NCBI RefSeq assembly: GCF_009914755.1
Contig: NC_060926.1
Length of the DNA stretch: 64,000 bases
Source of the DNA: the human T2T-CHM13v2.0 reference genome, Homo sapiens
Strand: one strand, 5' to 3'
The position numbers were made by a program, and so were the translations under genes. Below the pieces are notes generated by a model. The model searched no databases, was not told the DNA's origin, and was given only the letters and a program-made list of their open reading frames with translations. This document shows, one piece after another, positions 1 through 15,391 of the stretch. Position 1 is the first letter of the stretch, and each line of letters starts with the position of its first letter.

Positions 1-59
1 TCCTCATGACAATTTTATAGTCAGTTTTGAAAACTTTTAGTGTGAATCTTGAATATTTT

Positions 60-835
60 ATTTCTTAACAATATTATTTTGTCTCATAGGTCTTCTGCAT
101 TTCCATATAAAATTTAAAATTTTGATTTATTTTAACAAAAGATCTATTAGAATTTTGACTGGGATTTTTCTGACTCAAAATTGGAGAAAATATTGAATCT
201 CACTTTTGTTTAATATGTTGTTCTAAAATCAGTTCTTATATTGCACTATATTCATAACCCATTGTTCATATAAACACTTCCTTGTATGCAATGCATCATT
301 TTTTTTTGGCTAAGGTTTTCCCTTTATCTTGTCTTTTGCATTGTTCTTTGCAATTAAGCCTCCTTGTAATTTACTAGGATCTTGTAAGTTGATATCTTTT
401 ATAGATTTGAAAAATTCTCAAGCATTATTTCTTCAAATATTTTTCTGCCCCATTATTTCTCTCCTATCCTTCTGAGGAACTCTAATCTTATGTGTATTAG
501 GCCACTTGCTGTCTGTCTCACAGCCACTGAGACTCGTTTTATTATTTCCAATATCTTTTACCCTCTGTTGCTCAGTTAGGGTAATTTTTATTCATCTACC
601 TTGAAGTTCACTGACTGTTCTGACATTTTTCCATCTTCTCTGAAGCGTATCGATCAAAGATGGTGTTTTTGTTGTTGGTTTGTTTTTATTTTTTCAACTT
701 GGTCAAGGTATAATAAATTGTATCTATTTAACATTACAATGTGATAAGTTTGTACATAAGCATAAAATTGTGTAATCATCACCAAAATCAAGATAAGCAA
801 CATTTCCATCTTCCTCAGAAGTTTTCTTATGTCAT
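60..835 (-). mobile_element. Old L1M (L1ME/L1MC-like) fragments
   Basis: Degenerate antisense L1 motifs (TTCCATATAAAATTT, ATTATTTCTTCAAATATTTTTCTGCCCC, and 3'UTR-like AATCATCACCAAAATCAAGATA). The host sequence resumes after the THE1 insertion. Confidence 0.6.
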
Positions 836-3158
836 TGTATTAGTCTGTTCTCATACTGCTATGAAGGAATACCTGAGTGTGAGTAATTTATAAAGAAAAG
901 AGGTTTAAGTGACTTGCAGGTCCAGATGGCTGGGGAGGCCTCAGGAAATTACAATCATGGCAAAAGGCACCTCTTCACAGAGTGGCAGAGGAGAGAATGA
1001 GAGTAAGTAGAGGAAATGCCAGATTCTTATAAAACCATCAGATTTTGTGAGACTGACTCATTATTACCAGAACAGCGTATGAGAAACTGCAGCTATGATT
1101 CAATTACCTCCACTTGGTCCCACCCTTGACACTTGGGGATTATGGGGATTACAATTCAGGGTGAGATTTGGGTGGAGACACAGAATCAAATCATATCATT
1201 CTGCCCCTAGCCCCTCTAAAATCTCATGTCCTCAAATTTTAAAACATAATCATGCCCTTCCAACAGTTCCCCAAGTCTTGTATCATTCTAGTATTAACCC
1301 AAAAGTCCAAGTCCAAAGTCTTATCTGAGACAAGGCAAATCCCTTCCATCTATGAGCCTGTAAAATCAAAAGTAAGTTAATTACTTCCTAGATACAATGG
1401 GGTACAGGCATTGGGTAAATACACCCATTCCAAGTGGAAGAAATTGGCTAAAACAAAGGGACTACAGGCCCCATGCAAGTCCAAAATCCAATAGGGCAGT
1501 CATTAAACCTTAAAGTTTCAAAATGATCTCCTTTGATTCCATGTCTCACATCCATATCACACTGATGCAAGAGGTGGGTTCCCGCAGACTTATGCACCTC
1601 CACCCCTGTGGCTTTGCAGAACAAAGACTCACTTCCAGCTACTTTCACAGGCTGGAAATGAGACTCTGCAGCTTTTCCAGAACACATGGTGCAAGCTGTC
1701 AGAGGATCTACAATTCTGGGGTCTGGAGAGTGGTGCCCCTCTTCACACAGCTCCACTAGGCAGTGCCCAGTGGGGACTCTTTGTTGAGGCTCCAACACCA
1801 CATTTCCCTTCCACACTGCCCTAGCAGATGGTCTCCATGAGGGCTCCTCCCCTCTGCCTGGACATCCAGGCATTTCCATACATCCTCTGAAATCTAGGCA
1901 GATGTTCCCCAACCACAATTTTTGAATTCTCTGTACCTGCAGGCCCAACACCACGTAGAAGCTTCCAAGGCTTGGGGCTGGAGTTGCACCTTCTGAAGCA
2001 ATGGCCTGAGCTGTACCTTGGCCCAATTTAGCTTCAGCTGGGATGCAGGACACCAAGCCCTGATACTGCACAAAGCAGCAAGGCCCAGGGGCCCACCCAC
2101 AAAACCATTTTTTCCTCCTAGGTCTCTGTGCCTGTGATGGGAGGGGCTCCTGTGAAGACTTCTGACATGCCCTGGAGACATTTTCCCCATATTCTTGGTG
2201 ATCAGCATTTGGCTCCTTGTTGCTTATGCAAATTTCTGCAGCCAGATTGAATTTCTCCTCAGAAAACTTTTTTCTATAGAATCATTAGACTGCAAATTTT
2301 CCAAACTTTTATGCTCTGCTTCCTTTTTAAACATAAGTTTCAATTCCAAATCATCTATTTGTGAATGAATAAAACTGAACACTTTTAAGAGCACCCAAGT
2401 AACCTCTTGAAAGCTTTACTGCTTAGAAATTTCTTCCACCAGATATGCTAAATCATCTCTCTCAAGTTCAAAGTTCCACAGATTGCTAGAGCAGGTGCAA
2501 AATGCCACCAGTCTCTTTGTGAAAGCATAGCAAGAGTCACTTTTATTCCAGCTTCCAACAAGTTTCTCATCTCCATCTGCGACCACATCAGTCTGGACTT
2601 CATTGTTCATATCACTAGTAGCATTTTGGGCAAAGACATTCAAGTCTCTAGGAAATTCCAAACTTTCCCACATCTTTCTGTCTTTTTCTGAGCCGTTCAA
2701 ACTGTTCCAACCTCTGCCTCTTACCCAGTTCTAAAGTTGCTTGCACATTTTGGGGTACCTTTATAGTAGCAACCCACTCCTGGCACCAATTTACTGTATT
2801 AATCTGTTCTCACACTGCTATGAAGAAATAGCCAATACTGGGTAATTTATAAAGAAAAGATGTTTAATTGAATCAAAGTTTCATATGGTTGGGGAAGCCT
2901 CAGGAAACTTACAATCATAGTGGAAGGCACCTTGTCACAGGATGTTAGGAGAGAGAATTAGCATAACCACGGGAAATGCCAGACACTTATAAAACCATCA
3001 GATCTCCTGAGACTCACTCATTACCATGAGAACAGCATGGAGGAAACTACTCCCATGATTCAATTACCTCCACCTGGTCCTGCCCTTGACACATGGGGAT
3101 TATGGGGATGACAAATCAAGGTGGGATTTCAATGGGGACACAGAGCCAAAACATTTCA
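836..3158 (-). mobile_element. Full-length THE1D-like ERVL-MaLR provirus (LTR 836-1198, internal 1199-2794, LTR 2795-3158)
   Basis: Two ~363 bp direct-repeat LTRs, each starting TGTATTA and ending TCA, around ~1.6 kb of THE1-int-like sequence. Perfect 5-bp TSD GTCAT at 831-835 and 3159-3163. Confidence 0.93.
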
Positions 3159-3163
3159 GTCAT

Positions 3164-5100
3164 GTTGTAACCCATTCTTCTCTCCACTCTTATTCAGGAA
3201 AACACTGATGTGATTTTGGTCACTCTGAATTAGTTTTCATTTCCATGAGTTTTATATGAATGGAATCATGCAGTATGTATTTTTTTGGGGGAGGTCTGAT
3301 TTATTTTACTCAACACAGTGATTTTTGAGAATCATACATTCTGTTGTCTGTATCAACAGATAATTTCTTTTAATTGCTGAAAATATTGCATCTTAATGAT
3401 ATAGCACAATTTGCTTATTCACTCACCTGCTAACGGATTTTAAAATTTTTTCCAATTTAGGACTCTTTCAGATAAAGCATCTCTGAAGATTTGTTTACAA
3501 ATCTGTATGTAAATGAACTTTAATTTCTCTTTATTGTATATCTAGGAGTGGAAATGCTGAGTTGTATTTAACTTTTCAAAGAAAAACCTGACAAATTATT
3601 TTCTAAAAGTTGTACCAATTATTAACTTCTTATGAATATTAAATAAGAGTTTTAATTATTTCAAAACCTTGCTAACACTTAGCAGGATTAGTCTCTTTAA
3701 TTTTCATTTCAGCTTTACAGTTTTTTTGTTTTAGGATTTGTATTTTATTTCTTTTCATAATTTTCATTTCTTTGCAAATATTACCATTTGTTCCACTCAT
3801 TGTGTCAATATTTTTAGGTTCTTGAGCACATTTGAAATAGTTGTTTTAAAGTATTTATCTGCTAATCCCATCTAGTTCATTGCTAGTAACTTTTATTGTA
3901 TAATCGATATTGTGAATGATTGCAAGGTGTCTGATACTGAGTTTTCTTCTGACAAACAGTCACATCGCTACTTTAACTTCTTGATCCCCCCCACCAAGAA
4001 GCTTGAATTCTTTGTTAAAGCTTTTGCCCTTTGTTGTAGATAATGGCAAAGTTTAGGAAGCACCTCAAATCGTGATCTGAGATATTAATTGAATGACTAA
4101 GTTGCTTAGTGAGAGATCTGTCCACGCTGACTGGACTACAATTCCGATGTCTTTCAACCTTGCACAACCTATGGAATCTCTGCTCAACTACTAGCCTCAA
4201 AGAAAACACTCTTTTCTAGGATTCTTGGAGCTTTTCTATGTGCATTTTCTTCCCAGGCCTTGGCCCAGGATATGCAGGACCCAACATGAAGACTCCTGGA
4301 AACTTTTTGCTTTACATCTATCTCCTTTCTAGTATCCTGAGCAGCCGCTTCAACCTGAAGTTCTGGTTTGTGCTCGCCCATATCAGTGAGTCTGCCAAAC
4401 ACTGCTTGGGCTCCAACTCCCTGCTCTGTTTCTGGAAAGTGCGCAGAAACCTGAGGTGAATATGGAGCTCATTTTTCTCTTTCTTTTTCTCAAGTATCAC
4501 CTTCTTAACCTGCCTGAATACAAATGCTTAAAAATACTTGCTTCATATATGTTGTCCTGTGTTAAACTTGGTTATTTTGAGAGAACACATCCAAATACAG
4601 TTATTAATTACAGTTATTTCATTATGGCAGGACACAGAAATCCCTGAGCCATTGTCTTTCAAAGATTTCTCTACTGAGTTATTTCTATTTTCTCTCTGTG
4701 GAACTCCCATTACATATGTGATAGATGTTTACACTCTATCCTCTATGTCACAAAGGCCTGCATATGTACGCATACACATATATAAAAATTCAGGTATGTA
4801 TTCATATATGTATTCAATATTTGATGCCTCTGTTGCATTCTGCACAATTTCATCAAATCTATTTTCAAATCTTTGATACTATTTTTATCTACTCCTTAAT
4901 TAATTTATTAGAATTTTACTCCTTATATTTCCATGAGTATATCTTCTATTTCTAAAATTACTATTTGACTCTTGTTTAAATAGGTTATAATTCTGTTCAC
5001 TCACCTTAAAATACTAACTTTCCTTTTATATTTTTGAGAATTTAAAATTATTTGTTGTTTATACCTTTCAAATTTCTCAGTTATCTATAGTTCCATGTTG
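3164..5100 (-). mobile_element. Old L1M fragments (3'UTR continuation plus 5'/ORF1-region pieces)
   Basis: GTTTTATATGAATGGAATCATGCAGTATGTA and TCTCTCTGTGGAACTCCCATTACATATGTG are typical antisense L1M motifs. Confidence 0.55.
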
Positions 5101-5760
5101 CAAAAATTGAAATAGATGTTTACATTTTTTGTCGTATGATGCTGCACAACATCCACTTACAGGTTTCCAGTAAAAAATAAGATAAGTCTTTACTCTTAGT
5201 AATTCATGGACTATAGTTGTGTATTTGGAAATCATTACCCCATAAATAACAGTTTAAATTATCAATTAGATGAGTTTGTCAGGAGTGACTTTAAAAATGT
5301 TTAGCTTTCATTTTATTCTTTTTTACTGTGAAGCAAAAATGGGGCTAAAATCAAACCCTAAAAGATAATGATCATTCCAGGGATAGACTAATAATAAACA
5401 GCTTACAAAGAAGTTGAACAAAAAACGTTCAGAAGGAAAGAATAGATTTAAGTTGAATGAAATATGAAGGGCAATAAATTTAGATATTTCATTAAAGAAA
5501 TTTGGCTATGAAATAGAGATATTGAGTTGTGGTATCAGGATAATAAAAATAACCCTGAAAAAATTAAATTAAGATTATAATTTTAATGCATATTTTCCAG
5601 TTATATTATCACAAAACTACATGAATAGCTACATTTGTATTCCCTTTTCAGCAAAAGTATCAGAGTCATGAAAATATTTGTGTTGTTCTTGAGTTGACAC
5701 TCTCTAAAAAAAAAAAACAGTTTTCTTTCTTCAAACCACATTATATTTCTTGTTCTAGGT

Positions 5761-6022
5761 TTCTTTCTTTTGTTTTTTCTTTCCATCCTTCCTCACTTCC
5801 TCCTACAGCTCCTGTTTTTCTCTCGCCTTCCTTCTTCCCTTACTTCCTTCTTTCCTTCCTTTTCTTTCTTTCCTTCTTTCTCTTTTTTCCTTCATTCCTT
5901 CTTCCTTCCTTTTCTTTTTTCTTTCTCCTCTCTCCCTCCTTCCCTCCCTCCCTCCTTCCTTCCTTCTTTCTTCCTTCCTTCCTTCCTTGCTTCCTTCCTT
6001 CCTTCTCTCTCTCTCTTTCTTT
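5761..6022 (+). repeat. CT-rich low-complexity / (CCTT)n tract
   Basis: About 260 bp of almost pure pyrimidine sequence made of TTCC/TTTC units. Confidence 0.95.
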
Positions 6023-6024
6023 TG

Positions 6025-6585
6025 ACGTCTTCATTACTTCACATAGTTACCTTTGCTTGTGTGTGCGATGAGAATATGTAAGATTTACTTTAAGTCTTTT
6101 TTTGAAAAAAAAAAAAAAAAAGCCTATGGAAGTCCTTTGCTCATTTAATAATCAAGTTGTTTTCTTGCTATTGAGTTGAATTCCCTATACATTTTGAATT
6201 TTAACTCTATCGGACATATGGTTTACAATATTTTTTTCTATTTTTGTAGGTTGCCTCTTTATTCAGTTGTTTCCTTGTTGTGTAGAAGTTTTGTGTCTTT
6301 TTTTTTAAGTGTAATTCAATTTGTCTATTTTTGCTTTTGTTGCTTATGCTTTTTGGACTATACCCCAAAACAATGATGAGACCGATGTCACAGAGATATT
6401 GCCTATATATTTCTAGTCATTTTATAATTTCAGATATTATGTCTTACATTTAAGGCATTAATCTACTTTGAGTTGATCTTTGTAAATTATATGATGTATT
6501 TGTCCAATGTTATTCTTCTGTATGTGCATATCCAGTTTGCCCAACATTATTTATTAAAGAAATTATTCTTTTCCTATTATGTACA
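6025..6585 (-). mobile_element. L1MA-like fragment
   Basis: Antisense L1 3' region motifs (TTTCTTGCTATTGAGTTG, CAATTTGTCTATTTTTGCTTTTGTTGC, ATATCCAGTTTGCCCAACA), with an internal A-run at 6105-6121. Confidence 0.7.
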
Positions 6586-7484
6586 AGTAAATATTGTATT
6601 CTATCAGAGAATGAGAATTTAACAACTTAACAACTTAATACAGTAGATGCATTGAACTTTCAGAATAATATACTGAATTTGATTTAAAAGGAGAGTTGAT
6701 AGTCCGTTTCTCTTATCTGTTGGAATTATATTTTAAAGTTGAAAAAGCATGGGTTTATAAAATACTCCACATGATCTTTTTAACTTGATAGTAAAATGTT
6801 AAAATTTTCTCAGATAGGGCAAATACTGCAAATTAAGCACAAGAAATGTGTTTAAAAGTGGCTAGATGAGTATATTTTCTACTCCAGAGAATAAATAAAT
6901 TCATATAGAGCTATATTATTTCTGTAAATATATATTACCATAACATTTAATTATTTTACATAAATTAAGAAGGAAATGTAATAAGCCTAATGTGCAAAAT
7001 TTGCATTATGTCTCATTTTTCAAAATCAATTTTTGGTTTTGATTTCCTATGTTAATCATACATTGTCTGAGTTAAGATTTCTTCTTTTACTATTTTGATG
7101 AATTACCTTGGTTAGATTATCCATTCAAAGTTATATAGGATATTATTTGACAATGAAATTTATTGATTGGTAAAGTACTGAATGGCCTTTCAAAAATTAT
7201 ATTTTCTATTGTTTAACTAAATTATAAAAATATGAATGAATGTATAATGATAAAAATGTGTATATATACCATTTGGAGGGCAAATAATATTTTGTGAAAT
7301 CATATTCTATATCTTTATTATAAGTAATAAAGAAGTGAAATTTTAATTCCCAATTTTATTTCCCTCCTATGGCTGAAAGGCATTTTATTTTACTTTTTTA
7401 TTTATTAAATTTTATTCCCCTGTATGTGATTTTTAATATGAATTATACAGTGCAATATCACTTTTTGTTTTCCTTTTCCTTTTT

Positions 7485-7550
7485 TGTTTTTTAAGATAGA
7501 ATCTCACTGTGTCACCCAGGCTGTAGGGCAGTGGCATGATCTCAGCTGAC
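7485..7550 (-). mobile_element. Short Alu 3'-end fragment
   Basis: T-rich tail followed by AGATAGAATCTCACTGTGTCACCCAGGCTG...CAGTGGCATGATCTCAGCT. Confidence 0.7.
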
Positions 7551-7935
7551 CTGAGTTTATACCAAAACAAAGCAAAAGAAAATTAAAAAGTACTATTTGC
7601 TAAGTGAATAAAAGGTAAGTTTATCACATTAGAAAACTAGAACAACATAACAATAAAATGTTTTAAGGAACCTTACTATATTTCATATTTATTTGCCAGA
7701 ACTTTATTAAAGTATATCATATAACAGGTATGATAGAGTGTAGATCTATGAACAAATTAACACATTGGATTTAAAATCTAGTAAAGATTACTTCTGTGCA
7801 GTCTGATCCTGCTGTGTTCAACAGGATATTGATTTCTTATTTCTATCCCAAGTTCAGCTGGGGCTGTTCACTGGCGAAATTTATAAAGAAACAACTGAAG
7901 AACATTTAACAGGTCTTTTATCAGAAGTATAATTG

Positions 7936-9630
<1,695 letters not shown>

Positions 9631-10389
9631 AGAAGCATAATTGAAAGCAAGCATGGTCCCAGGAAGGAAGTGGTATACTGTGGAATTAGGGAATAGAGGA
9701 CAACATGTAAAGAAAATAGTAGATAATCATGAAAATCATGACAATAATCTGAAATATTTGAAGCCATTAGAGACTAGAAAGCTGAATTTAAAAAAAAAAT
9801 AAGGAAAGATAGAAATGGAAAGGAAAGAAAGTAGGTAGCAAGCTGTGGCTCTGCTAAAAATTGAGCCAAATATTGTATGTAATTCCTCTATTTTTTTCTT
9901 GCCATTGTTCATTTTTATTTTAGATTTACCATATATCATGAGTGGGTAAAAACAAATTTAACTCTGTCAAATTTCTATGTAACTGGGTAGCTATGACAAT
10001 CAGTAGTGCTCACCAAATAGTTTTTTTTTTTTTTTTTTTGGATTTGGATTTCTCAGACCACCACTTGATTAGGCAGAGACACTTGACTAGTTCTGACTAG
10101 TGTCCTGGAGTCTAAACCCTTCCAAATTGATGCAGAAAAAGCATCAAGTATGGTTTTTCAGCCACCTTTTTCTGCTGCAAATACTAAGGAAGTTGTATGT
10201 TCCAATGTTCCAATGCAAAAATGTAATGTATATTGCAGTAATAAAATGGGTAAAGCCTATGTCACTCTGATCCCTGAGTAACTGTGGGTAGCAGAACCCA
10301 TGCAAACCATAAGAAGGAATTTTGTTTTTTGGTAACAAGTCATAGAAAGTTTTTGTAAAAAAATAACCGGCATCACTTAGCATATCATG

Positions 10390-12450
10390 ACTAAACATCA
10401 CACCTATCCTAATCATACCATCTCTTTAGGATAGTTTTATAACTATTCATCTTTTCATTTATTCTAATATAATTTCTCTCCTGTCCTTTAATTTAAACCT
10501 CTCTATCAAAGGTCATTGATTACTTCTTAATAGTCTTCTCTGTTTTATTTGAATTGTTGATTCCTCTTCTGGAAATTTTTTTCTGTTTATATTCATAATG
10601 TTTTAATTCCTAGTTCTTTCTTACTTGTTAAACATCTATTGAGTACTCAAACCCTTGAAAGCCTTTCTGGGACATTATTGGCTAGTGAGAGAAATAGACA
10701 TGTATGAAAATACAATTGTTTTTCAACTGTGAAACATCATCCCTTTTGGTTATATTACAGTGAAAGAGAAAAATATCAACATTGGATTTGAATATGATAA
10801 TGAACCTGATAAATTTACATACATGTTTCTTCCCTCAACCTCACATAGGCAAATAAAAAGAATGCATTCTAAATTTTTATTGGTCATTCGTTCTCTACAC
10901 TTTCCAAATCATTCTTTTTGTATCAAAATGCTCATGGCTTGTTTTGGAAAATAGCAATTGCCTTTAATATGTCACCTTGTGCTGAAGCATTCATAATGTA
11001 AGCCTTATTTAAAATTAATAAGGACTTTTCCTTATTCTGTAAACATAGAAATTCTAATCACTTTACAACGAAAAAGGCAAAGGAATTACACACAGCATTT
11101 GTGTCTGCACGTAGACATGTGCATTCCACAGAGAAAGTAGGCTCAGATAAGAGGTTTAGTGCTCGGGTTAGTTTTAAGCATGTTGAGTGTATAGTCTATA
11201 GTGCCAATTGACTTACATGTGGAATTAAATAGGGCAAGCTTGGAGGTGCCACTTCAGCTGAGTGCAATCCATAGGGCTTTCCATTGTTGGGAACTAAAAT
11301 TTGCACAATGTAATGTAGCTGGGAAAATAGAGATATAACCTGTGGTTAATTAAACACATGTGGTAACAATACTTTTTTCTTTAGCCATATACAGTCATAT
11401 TAACATATGAAGAAACAGTTGTGAGTGAAACTATCCTGGTATCATTCTTCAGTTAAGTATGAGATACAACTCTTGCAGAATTCCAAGAAATACTAACACA
11501 AATAAAAGAAAGAAATAAAAACAATAAAATTGTGATACAAAATTTTATCAAAGAGGTTGAAAGAATACCTGAAGTTCCTAGGAAAGGGACCAATGAAGGA
11601 GAAAGTGATTAACATAATCACTTCTTTACAAGAAGTAAAGCAGAAGCACTGTAGTTTGTCCACTGTAGTTATTATAAGGAGCCATTGATTGGCAACCTTA
11701 CCAAAGAGATCAAGGAGAAGAGAGAGAGCTAAGGCCAAATAGTATGAGTTAAAAAAATAAAAATAAATGAAGACAGTGAATAATATGTAATCTTTCAAGA
11801 AAGGTGGCTGTGAAACAGTAGGTAGAGATAGGCCTACACATGTTTGGCGGGGGTAGATATGAGGCATCATTTATTTCTGTATTTAAGATGGCAGATCCTT
11901 AATAATCTTAAAAGGTGTTAGAAATGAATCATAATAGGAGTGATTGAATACACAGGCGAGAGTGAGACAAATGAGAGAAAGTCCCCTGAAGTCACTTTAT
12001 AGCTTTCCTTTCTTTCACTCTTATATATGCTTATTGTGAATTTTAGTCTTCAGTCTTAACCCTCCCAAGAGAGTTCATAGAGCGTAGTGCTTAACAATCA
12101 CCTCTCTGAGACTGATCCTAAAATCCCATCTCTAGCTGTAATCTCTCTACTTTAAATTTCAATCCTGGATCTCTAATTGCCTGCTGGGCATTTCCATTTT
12201 AAATTCAACATATCTAAAAACTAACTCTTCATTCTTCTGAAAAATCAACTTTGCCTCTTGACTCCTTTGTAATTTGTGGTCTGACAGCTTTTCTCTGACT
12301 ATTCCCACTTCCTTATTCGTTTATATTCAAATACTGTGTCTACCCTTAACCATACAGTGTTTGATTAATCACAAACCTCACAGAATGTTTCCTTATCTGT
12401 TTGGACTACATGACCTTTAAGTTCTCTCCCAAAACTAATTTTGCTTCATT
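10390..12450. mobile_element. Scattered degenerate L2 fragments, both orientations
   Basis: Motifs such as GTTTTAAGCATGTTGAGT, GAGCCATTGATTGGCAAC and CTAATTGCCTGCTGGGCATTTCCA...TCAACATATCTAAAAAC. Confidence 0.45.
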
Positions 12451-12828
12451 CTAGAAGCTGCCATTAATATGAAGCTCACTTGCACTGCAGTAAAGATTGT
12501 CTAACTTCATAGACCTACTTTATGAATGGAAAAAGGTAATTAAACTGACAATTGCTTTCTCCCCAAGGGAACTTAAAAAACAATTTTCATTTTTTTAAAA
12601 AAATTTAGGTCTTCTAACTTCATCATATATGGTAGTATACATATATATTACATTTTATATAACTAAAATATCTATTTAAGAATTTGTTTTTTCCAAAAAA
12701 AAATCACCAACAATTTAGCCAGGTTAGGTCAGAGAATATTCAGCAAATCATGAATGAGTTCCCTCAAGGATGATTTTCTGGTGGGAATAATTCATTTGAT
12801 AAAATACTCAAAAGAGCAATTAAGTAGC

Positions 12829-13689
12829 TGTAAGGAGACCCCCTGAAACTATTGCTATGGAATAAAAGATGAAAGGCTCCTGATTATTGTAAATACAAAA
12901 TTGCATGCAGGATTGTGTAAAGACAATGCCAGATTGGGCTGCCAGAATGAGCCAACAGCATGTGATGTGCTTCCCTCTGCAGAGAGCCTATGAATGGACA
13001 TGAAGTCAGGGAGGTTTCACATCACCAAGATTCCTATCCCAGAAAAGCAGATGGTCATAGCTCTGGGAATGGAATGTGACCCTTGTGGAGAACCTATAAA
13101 AGGATGCATGAGGGGCGCCTGTCCATATGGACAAGATAGGGCTATAAATGCCCTCATCTTGCCACGGCTCTTCTAGGCCTCTTTAGGGTTAAGGCATAGT
13201 CCCTTCTGAGAATTTCTGGTCTAACCGGTTGTCCAGCTTCATGTCCTGTTTCTATTGATTGTTTGCTGCAACTGTTACTGCTGATTAATATCTTACTAAT
13301 CATAGGTTATGGAAAGACTGTGTTTCTGTTTTAAGGCTCTGTTAGAAATTGCTGATGCACACACTATATTGTAAATTCTTATCTCTGTATACTGTACTTC
13401 TGCATACCAATATTATGTTAAAGAATTACTTCATCCCCATGTGACCATCTCACCTCATAATCAAATGACCCTAAATCCCTCACTAACCTACCCCCGCCCT
13501 CACTAAACTTAATAATAAATGCTGGTGTATCCAGTGCATTGGCGGCATTGCAGGACCAGAAGGAGGTGACTCCCCTGGACCCAGCTTTCACTATCTTGTG
13601 TGTGTCTATTATTTCTCGACCTGCCAATCTGCCTGGAAACAAAGAAAGAGCCCCGTTGCATTGTGGGCTGCTGGCCAAATGCCGCAATA
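12829..13689 (+). mobile_element. ERVK solo LTR, MER11D-like (HERV-K11D/HML-7)
   Basis: Starts TGTAAGGAGACCCCCTGAAACTATTGCTA, has AATAAA near 13514, and ends GCTGCTGGCCAAATGCCGCAATA. Degenerate 6-bp TSD AGTAGC/AATATC. Confidence 0.8.
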
Positions 13690-14720
13690 AATATCAATAT
13701 ATTGAAATTAAAAAGTTAGTTGAGATTATGACTAAAAATACTTCAAAGCTACTTTCATTTAATTAAAGAAAGACAGTATGTCTCATTATTGTGGTGATTG
13801 GGTAAGATGTACCTTGGCCTTCTCAGTTCATTCTAAAGATCTGTCAGTTACCTAAGACCCAGTGCTAAATATTCAGTTGCCAGCAATTTGAAAAAATATA
13901 TAACATACATGCTTTTCATGAACTCATAATTAATTCTTTTGGGAACGTCAGTCAAAAATTACTAATTTTTATTTATTCTTGCATTTATTCATCCATTTAC
14001 TGACCTAACTATACAGCATATATTCTTATTCATAAAATATATTCAGGTAGAATGTTTGATATAATAAGCTATCAATATATTTTCTAAGTTTTCTTTGAGG
14101 AGCAAAATAATATACGCAATGTTTTCTCAAAAGTTCTAAAAATAGTATACATTTACATAATTTTATGCATATATACTTTTTAATGAAATAAGGAAGCTTT
14201 TAATGAGTTTTTTATACTGCATCACACATTTCTCTAAGCAAGAGGGACAAAATTATAAGGAACTATTTTCTTGCCCTCATTGAGCTTATGTTTTGGTCAC
14301 ATGAGACAGAGCTATAAATATGTGAAGTAATTAATATATAAATAAATAAGATTCTGTAATATGTGAAGTGCATTTTACGTATGAACACACCATATGTAAT
14401 AATTGCATATAATAGTCTGTCCATACACAATACTATTTTTTACAGTATAGAGAGCAATAAAGAGTCTTTGGTCTTTCCTCCAAAAGCCATTAAGTATTTG
14501 GAAGTATTAAATTATCTGGCTGAAAAACCACAAATAACAGTTTGTCTCACATAACAAGAACCATAGTTACGTTGCTGCTTTTCTTGTATCAGTGGCCCAA
14601 TAAAGTCAGGACCAGGATACTGAAAGTTTCTAGCTATAAAAGTGAGGAAAATGAGTATTTAGCTTTTACGAATTAAAAAAATAAAAGAGAGAGAGAGAGA
14701 AGGAATTTGGCATTGAGCAT

Positions 14721-15170
14721 TGTTTTAGATTGGGTTCCACAGAACCAGATCCTGAGATTTATTTTGAAAGTGACACGTTTTTAGGAAAATCTAGTAGAAA
14801 TAGGGGGAAAAGACAAAAAAAAAAAAAAAAGAAGGTAGAAAACTAAGAAAAGGTGCATCATCAAGTCTGGTACCAGGTGACAGTTTTGATTCAATCTCAC
14901 AATGGAGCTTTAGAGTCAGGGGCAAGGTCACATCATTGCCTTGTTTGGAGCAGAACAGAAATACACCCATGGTCATTGGATCAGGGCAGCTTCCTGGAGG
15001 GAGTAGTTCCTTAATCGATTCTGTTACTCCATATGTGAGCTCTGGAAAATGGGGGGAAGCCCTTGGAAATGCAACATGCATGTGCTGGCTATCGGGAATC
15101 AAAGTGCACCATGAAAATGGTAAATGGATCCAAGGACACATTGTCAGGGCACTTACATCATCTTCTACCT
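14721..15170 (-). mobile_element. Old ERVL LTR (LTR16/LTR33-like)
   Basis: TGTTTTAGATTGGGTTCCACAGAACCAGATCCTGAGA resembles the reverse complement of an ERVL LTR 3' end. Confidence 0.45.
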
Positions 15171-15353
15171 GTGTTGAGTGAGCTAACCTACATTCTGCTA
15201 CAGAGGGTCAAAGTACAAAGATATAAAATGTCAAATAATAGTGAAAAGTAATAATACTAGAGATAATATAACATTACTAAAATTGTGTCAATATATTACT
15301 CAGTCACACATATAGTGCAAAATTTCTGATAGGTTCATTAGGACAATTTTGAT

Positions 15354-15357
15354 TATA

Positions 15358-15388
<31 letters not shown>

Positions 15389-15391
15389 TTT
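15354..15391 (+). repeat. (TA)n microsatellite plus poly-T
   Basis: Directly visible. Confidence 0.95.

Noticed and set aside
1448-2071. 207-aa minus-strand ORF
   Set aside because: Lies wholly in THE1 internal sequence; a remnant or chance frame of the MaLR interior, not a host gene.
5694-6081. F/L/S/P-rich and K/E/R/G-rich ORFs
   Set aside because: Translations of the CT-rich low-complexity tract.
7612-7620. Strong splice donor AAG|GTAAGT (and similar isolated splice-like motifs near 52034-52070 and 58124)
   Set aside because: Isolated splice motifs are expected by chance in 64 kb, and no coherent coding exon chain could be built.
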